Translations under genes and position numbers: made by a program
NCBI GenBank assembly: GCA_951406725.2
Contig: OX597820.1
Coordinates: 29,326,001 to 29,390,000, forward strand
From: Octopus vulgaris
Lineage: Eukaryota
Length of the DNA stretch: 64,000 bases
Direction of reading: 5' to 3'
Shown here: piece after piece, positions 27,269 to 42,276 of the stretch
Layout of the letters: every line of letters starts with the position of its first letter
Position numbering within the stretch: position 1 is the stretch's first letter
Notes under the pieces: model-generated
What the model saw: the letters and a program-made list of their open reading frames with translations, nothing else
Database searches by the model: none
What the model was told of the DNA's origin: nothing

Positions 27269-27829
27269 TTTTGTGTCTGTGTTTGTTGCCCCACCATCAC
27301 TTGACAACCAATGTTGGTGTGTTTACAGCCCTGGGTATTAGCAGTTTGGTAAAAGATACTGATAGAATAAGCACTAGGCTTATAATAAGTCCTGGGATTG
27401 ATTTGTTTGACTAAAAAAAACCTTGAAGGCAGTGCTCCAGCATTGCCACGGTCAAGTGCCTGAAACAAATATAAAAAAAACTAAAAGAATATACAGTCGG
27501 ATTGAACCCCCAAACCATGTGGTTGGGAAACAAGCTTCTTACCACACAGCCACGCCTGTGCCATCTGTCTGCAGTTTTGCACTTTTCTAGCCACCTCTGT
27601 TCTTTGCTTCTCTGTTCGTCTCCATCGAGACACAGTTGAGTAATTCTCGTTACGTAGGGAATTCAACCATAAAAAATAACAGTGCAATGATGTGTCACTC
27701 CATTTGGTTCACTTCTATGTAGACAAGAAGATGTACATAATTTGTAAAAACAAAAAGTAGCAAAAACAAAATATCATAAATTACATTCTACTTACAAACA
27801 CCTGTTGTGATTTATCCTTTATTTCATTA

Positions 27830-28889
<1,060 letters not shown>

Positions 28890-30042
28890 CGTTTAAATAT
28901 TTGTTGTGAAAGATTTTTTATGTGAAGTCGTGTGTTGAAACAGATATTGTTATATTTCGGAATGGTCATATTGCCAGTTTAGCCAATAAAAACACACGCA
29001 CTATATATTTGGTGTTATTTTGCTTCAGTGATATTTATTATTTACATTAATCTTAATCTTATTTCGGCCAAAGTTCTTTCGTCACACTCCTGCAAGGGGA
29101 AACTGCAAGAAGCATTGGTGAGCGGGTGAATGAACATTGGAGACAACTCAAGGAAGGTAAAAGCTCATCGATTCTGTACCAACACGCCGAACAAGAACAC
29201 GGGGGATCAATCAATAACATAGAGATTAAGATATTGTCCACACATAGAACAGATGCAACAATTAGACAAATTACAGAAGCTACACATATAATAGAAAATA
29301 AACCTAGCCTGAATAGAAAACTAGAATGGAGCAATAGCGCACACCACAACATATGACAATAGTGGATCCTGCAAACATAATAAATACACAGGTAATTAAA
29401 GAAATAGAAATGAATATCTATGTGTATGTATATGTGTATATATATGTATATGTATATGTGTATATATGTGTGTATATATGTATATATATATATGTATATG
29501 TATGTGTATGTATATATATATATATGTATATGTATATTCTTTTTTTTTTTTTTTTTTTTTTCTCGATTAGATTTATTATTATTATTACTAATATTGTTGT
29601 TATACATACATACAAACATATGTAATGATAATAATGGGTGGATGTAAACACATGAACAAAATTAGAACAAAAGCAACAACAACAAAAACAAAATACAAAT
29701 TACAAGAATGTATATAACCAGAAGATACAAATATTACAGACATCCCCCCCACACACACTAAATAAACATAGACGCACATAGAGATATAAGCATGCGCAAA
29801 TGAAGACATACAATAGAAATACAAAATGGCTGACGGTTAGTAAGGAGAGACACAAGTAAGTGAGAAGAAAACAAAGGACCACTGATGCGGTCACAGGAGT
29901 GTGACGAAAGAACTTTGGCCGAAATAAGATTAAGATTAATGTAAATAATAAATATCACTGAAGCAAAATAACACCAAATATATAGTGCGTGTGTTTTTAT
30001 TGGCTAAACTGGCAATATGACCATTCCGAAATATAACAATAT
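28890..30042 (+). mobile_element. 5'-truncated Penelope-like element: inverted pLTR segment, GIY-YIG endonuclease C-terminus, and 3' pLTR
   Basis: 29096-29356 encodes [14 protein letters not shown]...[10 protein letters not shown]...[14 protein letters not shown], a Penelope-type GIY-YIG C-terminal half. 28944-29092 is the reverse complement of 29894-30042. (TA)n flanks both sides. Confidence 0.8.
29876..29920 (+). ncRNA. Minimal hammerhead-like motif in the Penelope pLTR (variant core)
   Basis: ggacca CTGATGCG gtcac-aggagt-gtgac GAAA gaac TT tggcc. Stem I and stem II are present, stem III is very short, and the core has C in place of A9. Confidence 0.55.
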
Positions 30043-30987
30043 ATATATATATAATCAATTTAGCAGCCAGCTTAAAAATACAAGTTGGTTTCTTGTATAC
30101 AAAGACCATAGCAACAAAGCATTGAGGTGTGTGTGTTTATAACCTATACCAGTGATTTTTATCAATGGGGATGACTACACCAATCAATAAGAGGTGTGTT
30201 TCTATTCTGAATGTGAAAAAACAAGCCATAAAGAGTTGTCCACTTGTAAAATAGTAGTGGCATAGTCTTTATGAGCCGAGCAATCCTTGAATGTACTGGT
30301 TGGATCAAGTCTTATAATAGCTCATCTCTATAGTTGTATAACTGAAAGCTCATATTAATTCTAGCTCCTCTATGCAGATGATGGTTTTTAATAGAAATAA
30401 AATGTGCAACAAATAAACCTACACAACATAGAGTGAATGAATGAGTTAATTCAATATGGGCTTGGACATGGCTGTGTGGTTAAGAAGCTTGATTTTTAAC
30501 CATGGGATCTTAGGTTCAGTCCCACTGCACAGCGCCATGGGTAACTGTTTTCTACTATAGCTCCTGGCCGACCAAACCTTGCGAACGGAATTAAATAGAG
30601 AGAAACTGTAAGGAGTTGTGTGTGTATATATACACGCACACAGTGAAAAAGAGAACACCTATGCTGAACTATTGAGAAATCTGTAGTTACTCTATCCAGA
30701 TTAAAAGTTCAAGTTTATACCTGTAATTATTGGAGCCCTGGGATATGTAACACACTGCCTAAATACCAATATTGAGAAATTAGGCTTCTCAAAACCAGAA
30801 AGGAGAAAGCTAATTCAAAGACTACAGATCCAATCCATCAGTGGAACTGTAAAAATCTGTAAAACTTTCCAGAGGTTTACCATTTAAATATATATGAGCA
30901 TGTCTAGATATGCAACTATATGCATGAGAATACATACATAAAACATACAAATCTGCACCTACATACATACATATGTACATACGAGCA

Positions 30988-31647
30988 TTTCAGAGTGTCT
31001 GAGTGTCAATCTGAGGACATATCCCAAGAGTGATAAAAATCAAACCTCCAGTCAACATTATAGTGTTTGTAGTGAGCACTAGTTATGGTGATGTTATGCC
31101 TCCATTCATCTTCCCATACAGCCTCAGACTCAACACTGAGGCCTACATCAACTACCTGGAGGAGATAGTGTTGCCCTGGGGCAAGAGGATGGCTGCTGAA
31201 AGACCCCATGTCTGGCAACAGAACTCTGCACCATGCCACACAAGCAGGAGAAACCAGTCATGGCTGTCAGACAATTTCTGCAACCACATCACCCTTAACA
31301 TCTGGCCACCTAACTCCCCAGACTGCAACCTTCTTGATTATTGTGTATGGGGTACAGTTGAACAAGAGACCAACAAAACTCCTTGTAACATAAAAGATGA
31401 ACTGAAGGCAAGAATTATGGCAGCATTCACCAACTTAAACAAGGAGACCGTCCAGAAGAGTTGCAGGAGATTCCGAGGTTGTATGGAGGTTGTGGTTGAA
31501 GCCAATGGTGCTTTTATTGAATAAATTTACTCTTGAGTATTTCAAGATATTTTTATGTAATTTTGGTAAATATATCTGTTAAAATGAGATGTTAATGTTG
31601 TTTTCATCTTTGTGTAATTTAGACGACTGTTTATTCATTGCACTCTG
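30988..31647 (+). mobile_element. 3' half of a DD37D (maT-family) Tc1/mariner transposon, decayed
   Basis: ORF 31030-31524 has WQQ(N)SAPCH ... WPPNSPDCNLLDY, with 37 residues between the second and third catalytic positions. TIR remnant near 31625-31647. Same family as 39404-40701. Confidence 0.85.
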
Positions 31648-33059
31648 TGTGTGTGTGTGTGTGTGTAATGTATGTATATATTTATGTATGTGTATTTGTG
31701 TTTGACTCCAGGCTTAAATACCAGGCCTAAAAAATAAGTTGATTTGTTTGACTAAAACTCAAGACGGTGCCCCAGCATAGCCACAGTAAAAGATAAAAGA
31801 TAGGAATATGTATTTATGAATGAGTTGACTGCTAAGGTTTTCAATGTAAAGTAACATTAGACTATTGACAAACAAGTTTGAAACAGAATAAAGAGAAGTA
31901 GACCTATTCACTGGACCATACCACTTACAATATATCCTAGTAAATAATTATTACAGAAGTATCGATATAGAATGGCTTTTGAATCAATAAACAAATGATG
32001 TCATATCTATATGTAGTTAGTCTCGATGTGGAATTTAAATCTATGAGGGCCATTTTGGGAGCTTGATATGCAGATCAAAGAGTTAGCATTATTTATTCAT
32101 CATCTACAATGTTTTTGTAATCTTCTAATTACTGTCTGGCTCTTAACCTTATATACATACCTACATACAGTATGGCTTTGTGGTTAAGAGGCTTACTTCC
32201 CAATCATGTCCTTTAGGGTTCAGTCCCCTTACACAGCATGTTAGATAAGTGTTTTCTGCTATAGCCCTGTGTTGACCAAGCCTTGTGCATGAATTTAGTG
32301 GATGGAAACTGAAAAAAAAAGCCTATCACACGTGTGTGTGTATGTGTGTGTGTGTCTTGTCTTGATATCATGTGACAACTGTAAACAAACATTATTGTCA
32401 TACCATTTGAGCATGGCCGTTGCCAGTACTGCCTGACTGGCCCTCGTGCCAGTGGCACATAAAAGCACCCACTACACTCTTGGAGTGGTTGGCGTTAGGA
32501 AGGGCATCCAGCTGTAGAAACTCTGCCAGATTAAGATTGGAGCCTGGTGCAGCCATCTGGTTCACCAGTCCTCAGTCAAATCGTCCAACCCATGCCAGCT
32601 GGTAAAGCGGACATTAAACGATGATGATGATGATGACACAATCTTATTCATTTCTAGTCTTCGGTGAAAAATATGTCTGGCCTTTGGAAATATTACCTTA
32701 CTTGAAAATCAGTGAGGGTTGATAACAGAAAGGGTGACTGACCATAGAAAATCTGCCTCGGAAAATCCAATCTAACCCATGCAAGCATAGAAAAGTGAAC
32801 ACTAAAATGCTGAGGCACACATTCTACTTCTGACTTTTTATTCTCTTTCCCATTCCTTCTGTTGGATAAGAGATCCCCTCCCCATTTTCTATTTAGTGTC
32901 ACATCCCTTTTATTTATGTCCCAATTGCAAATATATACATGACAGGCTCTACACAGTTTCTATTTACAAATTCACTCACAAGGCATTTGTTGGCCCATGA
33001 CTATAGGAGAAGTAGCTTGCCCAAGGCTGTACAATATGCACTGAATAAGTTTATTGTCA

Positions 33060-33240
33060 AGTGCTACAAGGCATAGCCGAGAATTAGTGTTTCGAATATC
33101 GAGGCATTGGTCCTCTCAAGAAAGTTTTCCCCATACTCTCTGCATGTTAAAGGAACATCACTACAATAAGTAGAGAAGTTTAAGTATCTCGGGAAGAGCA
33201 GTAACTCTGACTTGAGCAGTGATGACACATTTAAGACCTA
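33060..33240 (+). pseudogene. RTE-clade LINE reverse transcriptase fragment
   Basis: Translates to ISVSNIEALVLSRK...LHVKGTSLQ*VEKFKYLG, the RT C-terminal FKYLG motif, with an internal stop. Confidence 0.55.
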
Positions 33241-35481
33241 CCGGTATAGAAACTGGACATAAACAAAGATGAGAATGATGTTGATGATACATATAACAAA
33301 CGCAGAGCAACACATCAGGAAGTAAAAAATATTTATCTATAGGCTATTAAATGATAACAATAGCCACTACGTTTAATAGCTGGTACATTTTAGTGTGTGT
33401 GTGGTATGTGTTGTAATATGTGTTTTTTATATATGTAGTTGTGTTTATGGATGTTGTGTCTATGTGTGCAAATATCCATATGTAATTTTCAAACATTCAT
33501 GTGTGTGAGTACAGGTAGATATTTCCATATTTGTATGTGTGTATAATTATATAAGTATATATATTGTCGAAGGCATGGCTCAGTGGTTAGAGCGTCGAGC
33601 TTACGATCGTGAGGTTGTGAGCTCGAATCCCGGACCGGGCTGCGTGTTGTGTTCTTGAGCAAGGCACTTTATTTCACATTGCTCCAGTTCACTCAGCTGT
33701 AGAAATGAGTTGCCACGTCACTGGTGCCAAGCTGTATCGACCTTTGTCTTTCCCTTGGATAACACTGGTGGTGTGGAGAGGGGAGGCTGGTATGCATGGG
33801 CGACTGCTGGTCTTCCATAAACAACCTCGCCCGGACTTGTGTCTAGGAGGGTAACTTTCTAGGTGCAATCCCATGGTCTGTGTCGTGACCGAAGGGGGTC
33901 TCCGATATATTGTCGAGTAATAGAGCAAAAGACAGCACCCATGGTTTTGCAGTATCTCTGAAACTAGTAGGGTGGAAAGATGGGAGAAAGAAACATCTCC
34001 TTATGTTACTGCAATAAGAAGCAGTGCATTGGGATATTGTGTTGTGCTTAGGCTGGGGAAACTGACATAGATGTTTGAAAGAAAGTGATCTTCACTTAAG
34101 ATACTTAAGAGGTGATGCGTTACATCCACTATAGAAGAACAGGCACATACCATCTGACAAGTTTTCACAGTTTTGTGTTTCCAATTTCATTCACAAAGCT
34201 TAGATCAGCCCTAAAAGTTTGGTGGGAGATACTTGCTCAAGGATTCAAACCTAGAGCCACATGCTTTATCATTGCTATCATCATCAGCATCATCATCATT
34301 TAAACATTCATTTTTTCCCCCAGTTTGCATGAATCTGATGGAATTCATTAAGGCAAATTTTTTATTTATCATCATTTCTTACTGTTGCCAACCCTTGTTT
34401 CTAAACAGGGTCCATATCGAAAAACACTTTCCCAAGGTGTCATGCAGTGGGACTGAACCCAAAACCTCATGGTTTGAAAGCAGACATCTTAACCATACTA
34501 CCATACCTACATAGCTATAAAAAAAACATATTCTTAATTGCAAACAAGCAGACACTTAAACAGCATTTATTTACCAAAAGTAGATGTGAGGAAATGGCAT
34601 CAACATGTAAAAGTGGAAATACATTAGCTACAACATATGCATTACTTAACCAAACATAAAACAGAAATGTCAAAGGCAGCAGGCGTTCTTTGTATGACCC
34701 AGCCATTAACTATTTTGTGCTTTGTTACCAAGCTCTTTTATGAGAGATGGTGGTGGATCACTTATGAATACCAAACCCATAAAAATGGTTATCATGACAA
34801 TAGTAACTAAATGTCTTTAAAAACAGGTAATTCAATTCTTGGGTCAATTTTTACAATGAAGGTCACAATGGCTGTAAATGGCAGAGTAGCTAAAGTTTTT
34901 TGGAATCTGATTTTCAATCTTTGCCAGAGCTCAGTGTGAATAAGTGTTTTGTATGCTTAGTGGTGGATAAAGGCCATTCAGTCCATCCAGCTGTAAAAAG
35001 GCTTGCTCTTACAATTTCAAAATGTTTAAACTGAGAGCAATGCTCCAGCTTTACTAATTTGTGTGTGGATGTAAATTTTTGTATAAATGCCATCATCATC
35101 ATCATCATCCATTTTTCCATGCTTGCATGGCTCAGACAGGATTTGCTGAGGCAGATTTCCTATGACTGAGCACCCTTCCTGTTGCTGACCTTCACCTTTT
35201 TCCAAGCAAGGTTATATTTTTCTGTGGTCAGACACGTTGTCCACTGTGAGACTAGAAATGAACAACATCACATGACGTCAACAAGAGTACACACAAATAC
35301 ATATACATGCACATACACACACACACACACTTAGATGTGTGTATGTATGTAATGTATATATGATGGGCTTCTGCACAGTTTCTGTCTATCAAATCCACTC
35401 GCAAAACTTTGGTCGGCCTGAGGTTGTAGGAAAAGATACTTGCCCAAGGTGCCATGAATATATAAATTTGTTGGTGTATTT

Positions 35482-35880
35482 ATTTTTTTTCTTTATTGCC
35501 CACAAAGGAGTAAACATAGAGGGGATAAACAAGGGATTAAGTCGATTACATTGACCCCAGTGCATAACTAGTACTTAATTTATCAACCCCAAAAGGATGA
35601 AAGGCAAAGTCGACCTTGGTGGAATTTGAACTCAGAATGTAACAGCAGACGAAATACCTATTTCTTTACTACCCACAAGGGGCTAAACACAGAGGGGACA
35701 GACAAACGGATTAAGTCGATTACATCGACCCCAGTGCGTAACTGGTATTTAATTTATCGACCCCAAAAGGATGAAAGGCAAAGTCGACCTTGGCGGAATT
35801 TGAACTCAGAACGTAACGGCAGACGAAATACCGCTAAGCATTTCACCCAGCATGCTAACGTTTCTGCCAGCTTACCACCT
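35482..35880 (-). mobile_element. Dimeric SINE family B insertion with an 11-bp TSD
   Basis: Two tandem units. ttggtgtattt occurs at 35471-35481 and 35881-35891. Confidence 0.8.
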
Positions 35881-35949
35881 TTGGTGTATTTTGGTGGTGT
35901 ATTTACATCAACAGCAGCAACCAATTTTTACTTTTCTGTCATGACCTAT

Positions 35950-36400
35950 TGAAGCAGGCTAAGAACTGGACCCTGATAGATCCCTGCTTAAACTTGTTTA
36001 CTGAGCTGCAACTCTGTACTTGGCTTGTCTGGCAAGTCAGTCATCTCCTAGTTTCCATAGTAACCACCAGCCTACTGATTGTGAAACCCTATCAAAGGCA
36101 TTTTCCACTTCAATGAATGCTCAATATAATAGCTTGCTCCTAGTTAAGTACTTCTCTTGCAATTATCTCACAATAAAGATAGAGGCAGTCCTGCATCTTC
36201 CTGGCACAAAGTCAACATCTCCTTTAGGTTAATTCTCTTCTTCATTAAATATACTGTAACTGTAACTTTCATCACCAAGTCAATCTGTTAGTTACTTCTG
36301 ATGTTGCTTTTCTATAGTACTTTTCCTTTACCCTTATAGCAGTTGAAAATGATAATACGACACCAGTCATTAGATACAATTTCGTCCAGTATTATTTGAT
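35950..36400 (-). pseudogene. Highly decayed non-LTR retrotransposon RT fragment (RTE-like)
   Basis: Minus strand near 36090-36120 reads AFIEVENAFD, resembling the RT motif FIDLEKAFD. Confidence 0.4.
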
Positions 36401-38446
36401 TGGTCATATGTGTGACTAACCCTATCTTACTTCACAAGTTATTTTTATCCTCCATCTTACTTTCTGTCTTTAGAAGTTTTCACTGACCACAGATCAGTGT
36501 GTATCCTTTGGCAAGTTATCTTGTCAGGCGGGGATGTAAGATAGAGGCTTATAATGTAGAGGTAAAAAGGCAGTTTCTAACTGATAGCAGGCTGAACATG
36601 CTTTTGCAAAGGGACTGCAAACAAACAACTCCGTTTGTATGAATGCTGATACTTTGCTTGCAACCAGCATATACATATCAAGACAAGGGGAATATGCATT
36701 CCATCTCACACACACAAACACAATGAGATTGTTCTAGTTTCTGTCTGCTAAATTTCACTCACAATGTTTTGGGCAACTTGAAACAAAAGTGAAGGACATA
36801 AGCTGACAGAGCCCAAACAAAAGGACCAAACCCCTTAACCAGGTGGTTTTAAAGTGAAATTCTTAACCATACAATCATGTCAGTGTCTATCTAACTGACA
36901 CTCCTGCCATACATCAACTAGAAATACTCTGAACCTGGGACTCTTTCAACTTCCATATCTCTCTTTTCCTGGTTGTTACTTGTCTCTGAGTTTGTCTATC
37001 TCTTCCTGTGAAATCATTCATCACTAACCCATGTTGACTGAATACACTCTTCCTGATGGAAAGACTTAGCCTTCACAACCATCTATATCACCAATTTCTT
37101 GGTGAGTACAAAATTTATCTGGTCTGTGTGTTCATCTAATTCATAGATGATTGCCAATTTTTTTTTCTGAGTTAGTGTTATGAGTGAATAAATCACAGAT
37201 CTCCTCATTCTATGTGTCATATCTTTTATCTATATATAAGGTCAGAGAAGCCCAATATGTCCATTTAAATCAATGGTTTTCAACCATTTTTTTGCCTGTA
37301 GACCCCTTAGATTCCTATTTTACTCAGTTGAACCTTCATAGCTATTCAATGTTTCAAAAAATCCTATCAAGTTTTGTCAGTGAACAGGTCGCAGTCTCAA
37401 AGTGACGAAAATATTTTGACAAATTAAATTTAAATGTTGAAGTGAATCTAACAGTTTTGTGTGTTTCTTAAATGGCTTATAAACACCTTCCTCGCTGCAA
37501 TTGAATCCTATCATGTTTTTATAGTTAACCATTATTAGGAATTGCATAAAAAAAATTTTTTTATATTTTGTGTATTATAAAAATATAAGCTTTTCATTGC
37601 ACATAAACTTTAGCAACAAAATCTAATAAGGACCTCCAAGGGCCATAATGGTTAAGAATCACTGATTTAAATCATCATTAAAGATGTTACTGCCATTCAG
37701 TCATTATCAAGGGAGACTGCAGAAAGACTTCATTGCTATTGCTAACCACAGAGGATACTGGTTACATTTTAGAGGGGTTTTCATATCCTCTGCAAAACTA
37801 AAGAGTTTTCTCTACCCTATGTTGTCTCTATTCATTTGTTCCCTAAACTTTTCCCTAAACCTGCAAATCTTCAACATTCAAGGTCCTTGTCTCAGTACTA
37901 TGTGCAGTTACACTTTTTTACACAAGCACTTATTAATCTACCCTTTACTCTGAAAACGAAACCTCTTTGCTACCAGTAGAGGTAACAGCTCTCTAAGCTC
38001 TTTTCTACCCCTTTCTTACTATGGTAACAATGCTTCTGGCACCCACCCGCCCATCTCCTTTGTCAATTAGGTTATTTTATAACAAAAGCTATCAACTAGT
38101 TTTAGTGAACCTGCTGAGATTTGAAGTTGTATATATTTCATGTGTACTTTTACTGGTAACTGTCACACATACACTTTAGATGAGTTGTAGTGCACCTGAG
38201 CACTGTACACAATTATTATTATTATTATTATCAGGTCTACCTTCCCTCTAATCTTTTTTGTGATCTCACTCTTTGTGTGTGTTCATTGGGTTTGTGGCAA
38301 AAATTTGTACCAACTGCCGTCAGCATTTCCAAAATGTATAACAGGCCCTCACTACCGAAAAGAAATCATCTGTGTGGGTAGCCTGTTGGATATAATATTG
38401 GCTGTTAGAGCCTCATACATCAAAGTTGAAGGGAGAATTCACTTTA

Positions 38447-38637
38447 TGAGGGGGTGCTGAAAAGTTCATGGCTTTCAGTAAAAGAAAATAAAGGAGGATC
38501 AGTTAATTGATTTTAATCCCCTATCAGATTGACACACTTATTGCAGCGGTCCTTCAGGTTTTTCTAACCCTGTAAAAGAACTCGACCAGGCCTTTCATGA
38601 TACCCTTAAAGCCAGGAATTTTTCAGCACCCCTCTCA
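38447..38637. mobile_element. Mariner-type MITE, about 190 bp
   Basis: TIRs tgagggggtgctgaaaagttcatggctt and aagccaggaatttttcagcacccctctca, with TA on both flanks. Confidence 0.8.
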
Positions 38638-39403
38638 TATGTCTAAGTAAATGCAGACACACAGTGGTATTTATAACAGACCTTAAAAAGAAAACTGAGT
38701 TGATGTGTGGCAGATGTACCAGTGAAGTTAGCTGTACCTTTTCTTTCTAAAAATAAATGAATAAGTATTCATGATACCCTGAGAAGTATTGAGTGACCCT
38801 TCATTATAATTTTCAACTACTATTGATAGCTTTTTTTATAAAAAAACAAGTAAACATTAATGGATGGATGAACAGACAGACAGATAAATTGATTGATTGA
38901 TTGATTTTTGTATGTTGATAGAACCCATCTTTACCCAAGTTTATTAATACCAGAAGTAAATACAATCATATCACATCCATTCACTATATTTTGGATAAAT
39001 TTCTTCACAAAGCTGCCAACAATTTTGGTCCAGGAATATTGATTTAGTTAGAATTGTTGTTTCCAAGCCATTCAGCAGATGGTTCAATTTGAGGTTTATC
39101 AAAATACATGGGGAAAAAAATCAACAAAAACAACTGGCATTTATTAATAATTGAAACTTCTTTTATTCACATTTCAGACTTGAAACTTAGAAAATCAATT
39201 TTTCATTTGTAGAAAATATTAATTCTTTGCTAGGGCTTTTTTTTTTTAATAAAACTTTTTTTTTTTTTGTAGAAAGTATCAGTAAAGGCTCTATAGCATT
39301 CTTGAAAAGAAGTAAAAGATTTTTTTTTTCTATGCATAATTTCAGCTATATAAGTTCAAATCTGTTGCCTACAACTTAAAATATGAATATATATATATAT
39401 ATA

Positions 39404-40701
39404 CAGGGTGCGGTGAATAAACTGTTATCTAAATTATGCAAAAATGAAAATAACACTAACATTCCTTTTAACAGATATATTAATCAAAATTACATAAAAA
39501 TATCTTGAAATACTAAAGAGTAAATTTATTCAATAAAATCGCCATTGGTTCTAACCATAGCTTCTAGACGACTTCAGAATCTCCTGCAACTCTTCTGGAC
39601 AGTCTCCTTGTTTAAGTTGGTGGATGCTGCCACAATCCTTGCCTTCAGTTCATCTTTGGTGTTACAAGGAGTTTTGTTGGTCTCTCGCTCAAATGCACCC
39701 CACACATAATAATCTAGAAGGTTGCAGTCTGAGGAGTTAGGTGGCCAGATGTTAATGGTGATGTGGTTGCAGAAATTGTCTGACAGCCATGACTGTTTTT
39801 TCCTGCTTGTGTGGCATGATGCAGAGCCCTGTTGCAAACATAGGGGCTTTCAGCAGCCACCCTCTTGCCCCAGGGCAACACTACCTACTCCAGGCACTTT
39901 GATGTAGGCCTCCGTGTTGAGTCTGAGGCCATGTGGGAAGATGAATGGAGGCATAACTTTACCATTATTAGTGGTCACTCCAAACACTGTGATGTTGACT
40001 GGATGTTTGATTTTTATCACTCTCGGTACATGTTTCGGGGACATGGCAAGCCAACAGTTGTTCTGTGTGTTCACCATCTTATCCTGGCAGAAATTTTTCT
40101 CATGAAGAACCAAAGCATGTTCGGTTGGAGGGGATGCTTGAGTTAGTTCAAAAGATTTATAGCGCAGGCTTCCCTCTTATCCTTAATGGCTTAGGATAAA
40201 AGTTGACCCTTTCTCATCTTGTATGAGGAATACTGACTGTCTTCATGCACTCCCTGCCTGATAAGAAACTCAGACACTCCCATGTCCCTGGCAATGGACT
40301 TAATTGACCTGGAGGGATTGTTGTTAATTATGACCTAGATCTCACCAACAAATTCAGGAGTTCTTTTCTTATCAGAACAATCAGAGTGAGTTTTCTGAGC
40401 TGCTGTACCTTCGTAATCACCATTAAGACTCATCCAACTCTTTCCGAATCTTCTGCACCGTCCTCAGATAGACACCCAAACACTCTAAAATGTTCATATT
40501 CGAGCTTCCGGCTTGAATGCCAAGCAGTACAGCATGTTGTTTCCAAATTTCTGGCAGACTGAATTGCGTCATGGTGCTGTTTTTCGCAGACGGTGCCCAA
40601 CTGACCCTACTATACTGTTTGGTTGACAAAATCAAAAACAAACAATGCACATACACAAATTTAAAAATATAAAATGGAGACAATTTACCCATCACACCCT
40701 G
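39404..40701 (-). mobile_element. Full-length but decayed DD37D (maT-family) transposon, about 1.3 kb
   Basis: TIRs beginning CAGGGTG and ending CACCCTG with TA flanks. Frameshifted transposase pieces (EKNFCQD, WPPNSSDCNLLDYYVWG, N-terminal HTH region). Confidence 0.9.
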
Positions 40702-40919
40702 TATATATACACACACACACACACGCACGCATAATTATCGTACACAAAGGAATACAGGAACTGTACCATATTTGCGGAAGTGGGGGGCTTAAGATAGCAG
40801 CAGTAGAATGGGATGAGAGGATGGGGCTGCGAGGAAGACCACACTGCTGCTAAAAACTGGCACACACATACACACACACACACACACACACAACGCCATA
40901 AATGCATGCACACATAAAG

Positions 40920-41140
40920 ATACATATCTTAGAACAGAATGGAGTAAGTGGAGCAAAGACACCTACAAAAATGAAGTGTCGCTGAAGAGGTCACAGATGT
41001 GTGGCAAAAGATTTGCGGACAATGGACCTGAGTTGAAATAATGAAATTAGAACAGTAATAAACAAGTGAAGTAAAACTATATAGTGCATATGTATGTTTG
41101 GCAAAAATAAAAAATGACCATCCCGAAATACAACACGATA
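40920..41140 (+). mobile_element. Decayed Penelope-like pLTR fragment with a hammerhead-like core
   Basis: CTGAAGAG gtcac-agatgt-gtggc AAAA at about 40982-41009. aatgaccatcccgaaatacaac matches the end of the pLTR at 30015-30040. Confidence 0.55.
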
Positions 41141-41349
41141 AAATTATAATTAAGGGTGCTAATGGAGTGTAATTTGAAGTGGTGTTAAGAGTTATTTGGC
41201 GTCTATCTCTAGCATGTAGGTGCTGTTTCTCAGTACTCTTAATTATAATTATATCTATATAATTATATATCTATATTGACTTTTACCTATATGGTTTTTA
41301 TTACATGCTAGCCACTGATAAGATCATTAATTGATTTTATCCTTAATTA

Positions 41350-41482
41350 TGTATGAATATATATATATGTGTATGGGGGTGTATGTATGTGTGTGTGTAT
41401 ATATATGTATATATATATATATATGTGGGGGGTGTATATCTATATGTGTGTGTGTGTATATATATATGTGTGTGTGTGTATG

Positions 41483-41563
<81 letters not shown>

Positions 41564-41605
41564 ATGTGTGTGTATATATATATGTATATATTAATATATA
41601 TATAT
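41350..41605. repeat. Compound (TA)/(TG) microsatellite
   Basis: Directly visible. Confidence 0.9.
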
Positions 41606-41776
41606 TTCTACTGCATGACAACTTGGCCCACTGTCTTCTGTATTATCTCCAAACTACCAAAGCTTTGTGATTGGATTTAGTAGACTGAAACTGAATGGTC
41701 ATTTTGTGTGTGTGTATCAGGTTAAGTAAAAAGTAAGCAACGTTTTGATCCATAAAGAATTTGTACAGGATTTTTG

Positions 41777-42150
41777 AGTGGCTGTGTGGTAAGTAGCTAG
41801 TTTACCAACCGCATGGTTCCGGGTTCAGTCCCACTGCGTGGCACCTTGGGCAAGTGTCTTCTACTATAGCCTCGGGTCAACCAAAGCCTTGTGAGTGGAT
41901 TTGGTAGACGGAAACTGAAAAAAGCCCATCGTATATATGTATATATATATATGTGTGTGTATATGTTTGTGTGTCTGTGTCTGTCATCCCAACATCGCTT
42001 AACAACCGATACTGGTGTGTTTATGTCTAACTTAGCTGTTTGGTAAAAGAGACCGATAGAATAAATATTAAGCCTACAAAGAATAAGTCCTGGGGTTGAT
42101 TTGCTCAAATAAAGGTGGTGCTCCAGTATGACTGAAACAAGTAAAGGAAC
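41777..42150 (+). mobile_element. SINE family A copy just upstream of exon 3
   Basis: Matches family A. Confidence 0.8.
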
Positions 42151-42276
42151 AAAAGAATGATTACACATACATGTATGCTTTCATGTGTTGTGTGTGCATG
42201 TGTGTCTGTATGAAGTATGTGTTAGTCTCTGTCTATAAATTCTATTTAATTCCCTCTCTCTGTTTTCTATTTTCAG

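Noticed and set aside
33568-33645. tRNA-like sequences (also 9145, 11870-11938, 47980-48052)
   Set aside because: They are SINE heads. Each continues into a shared SINE body and lacks a proper acceptor stem and terminator.
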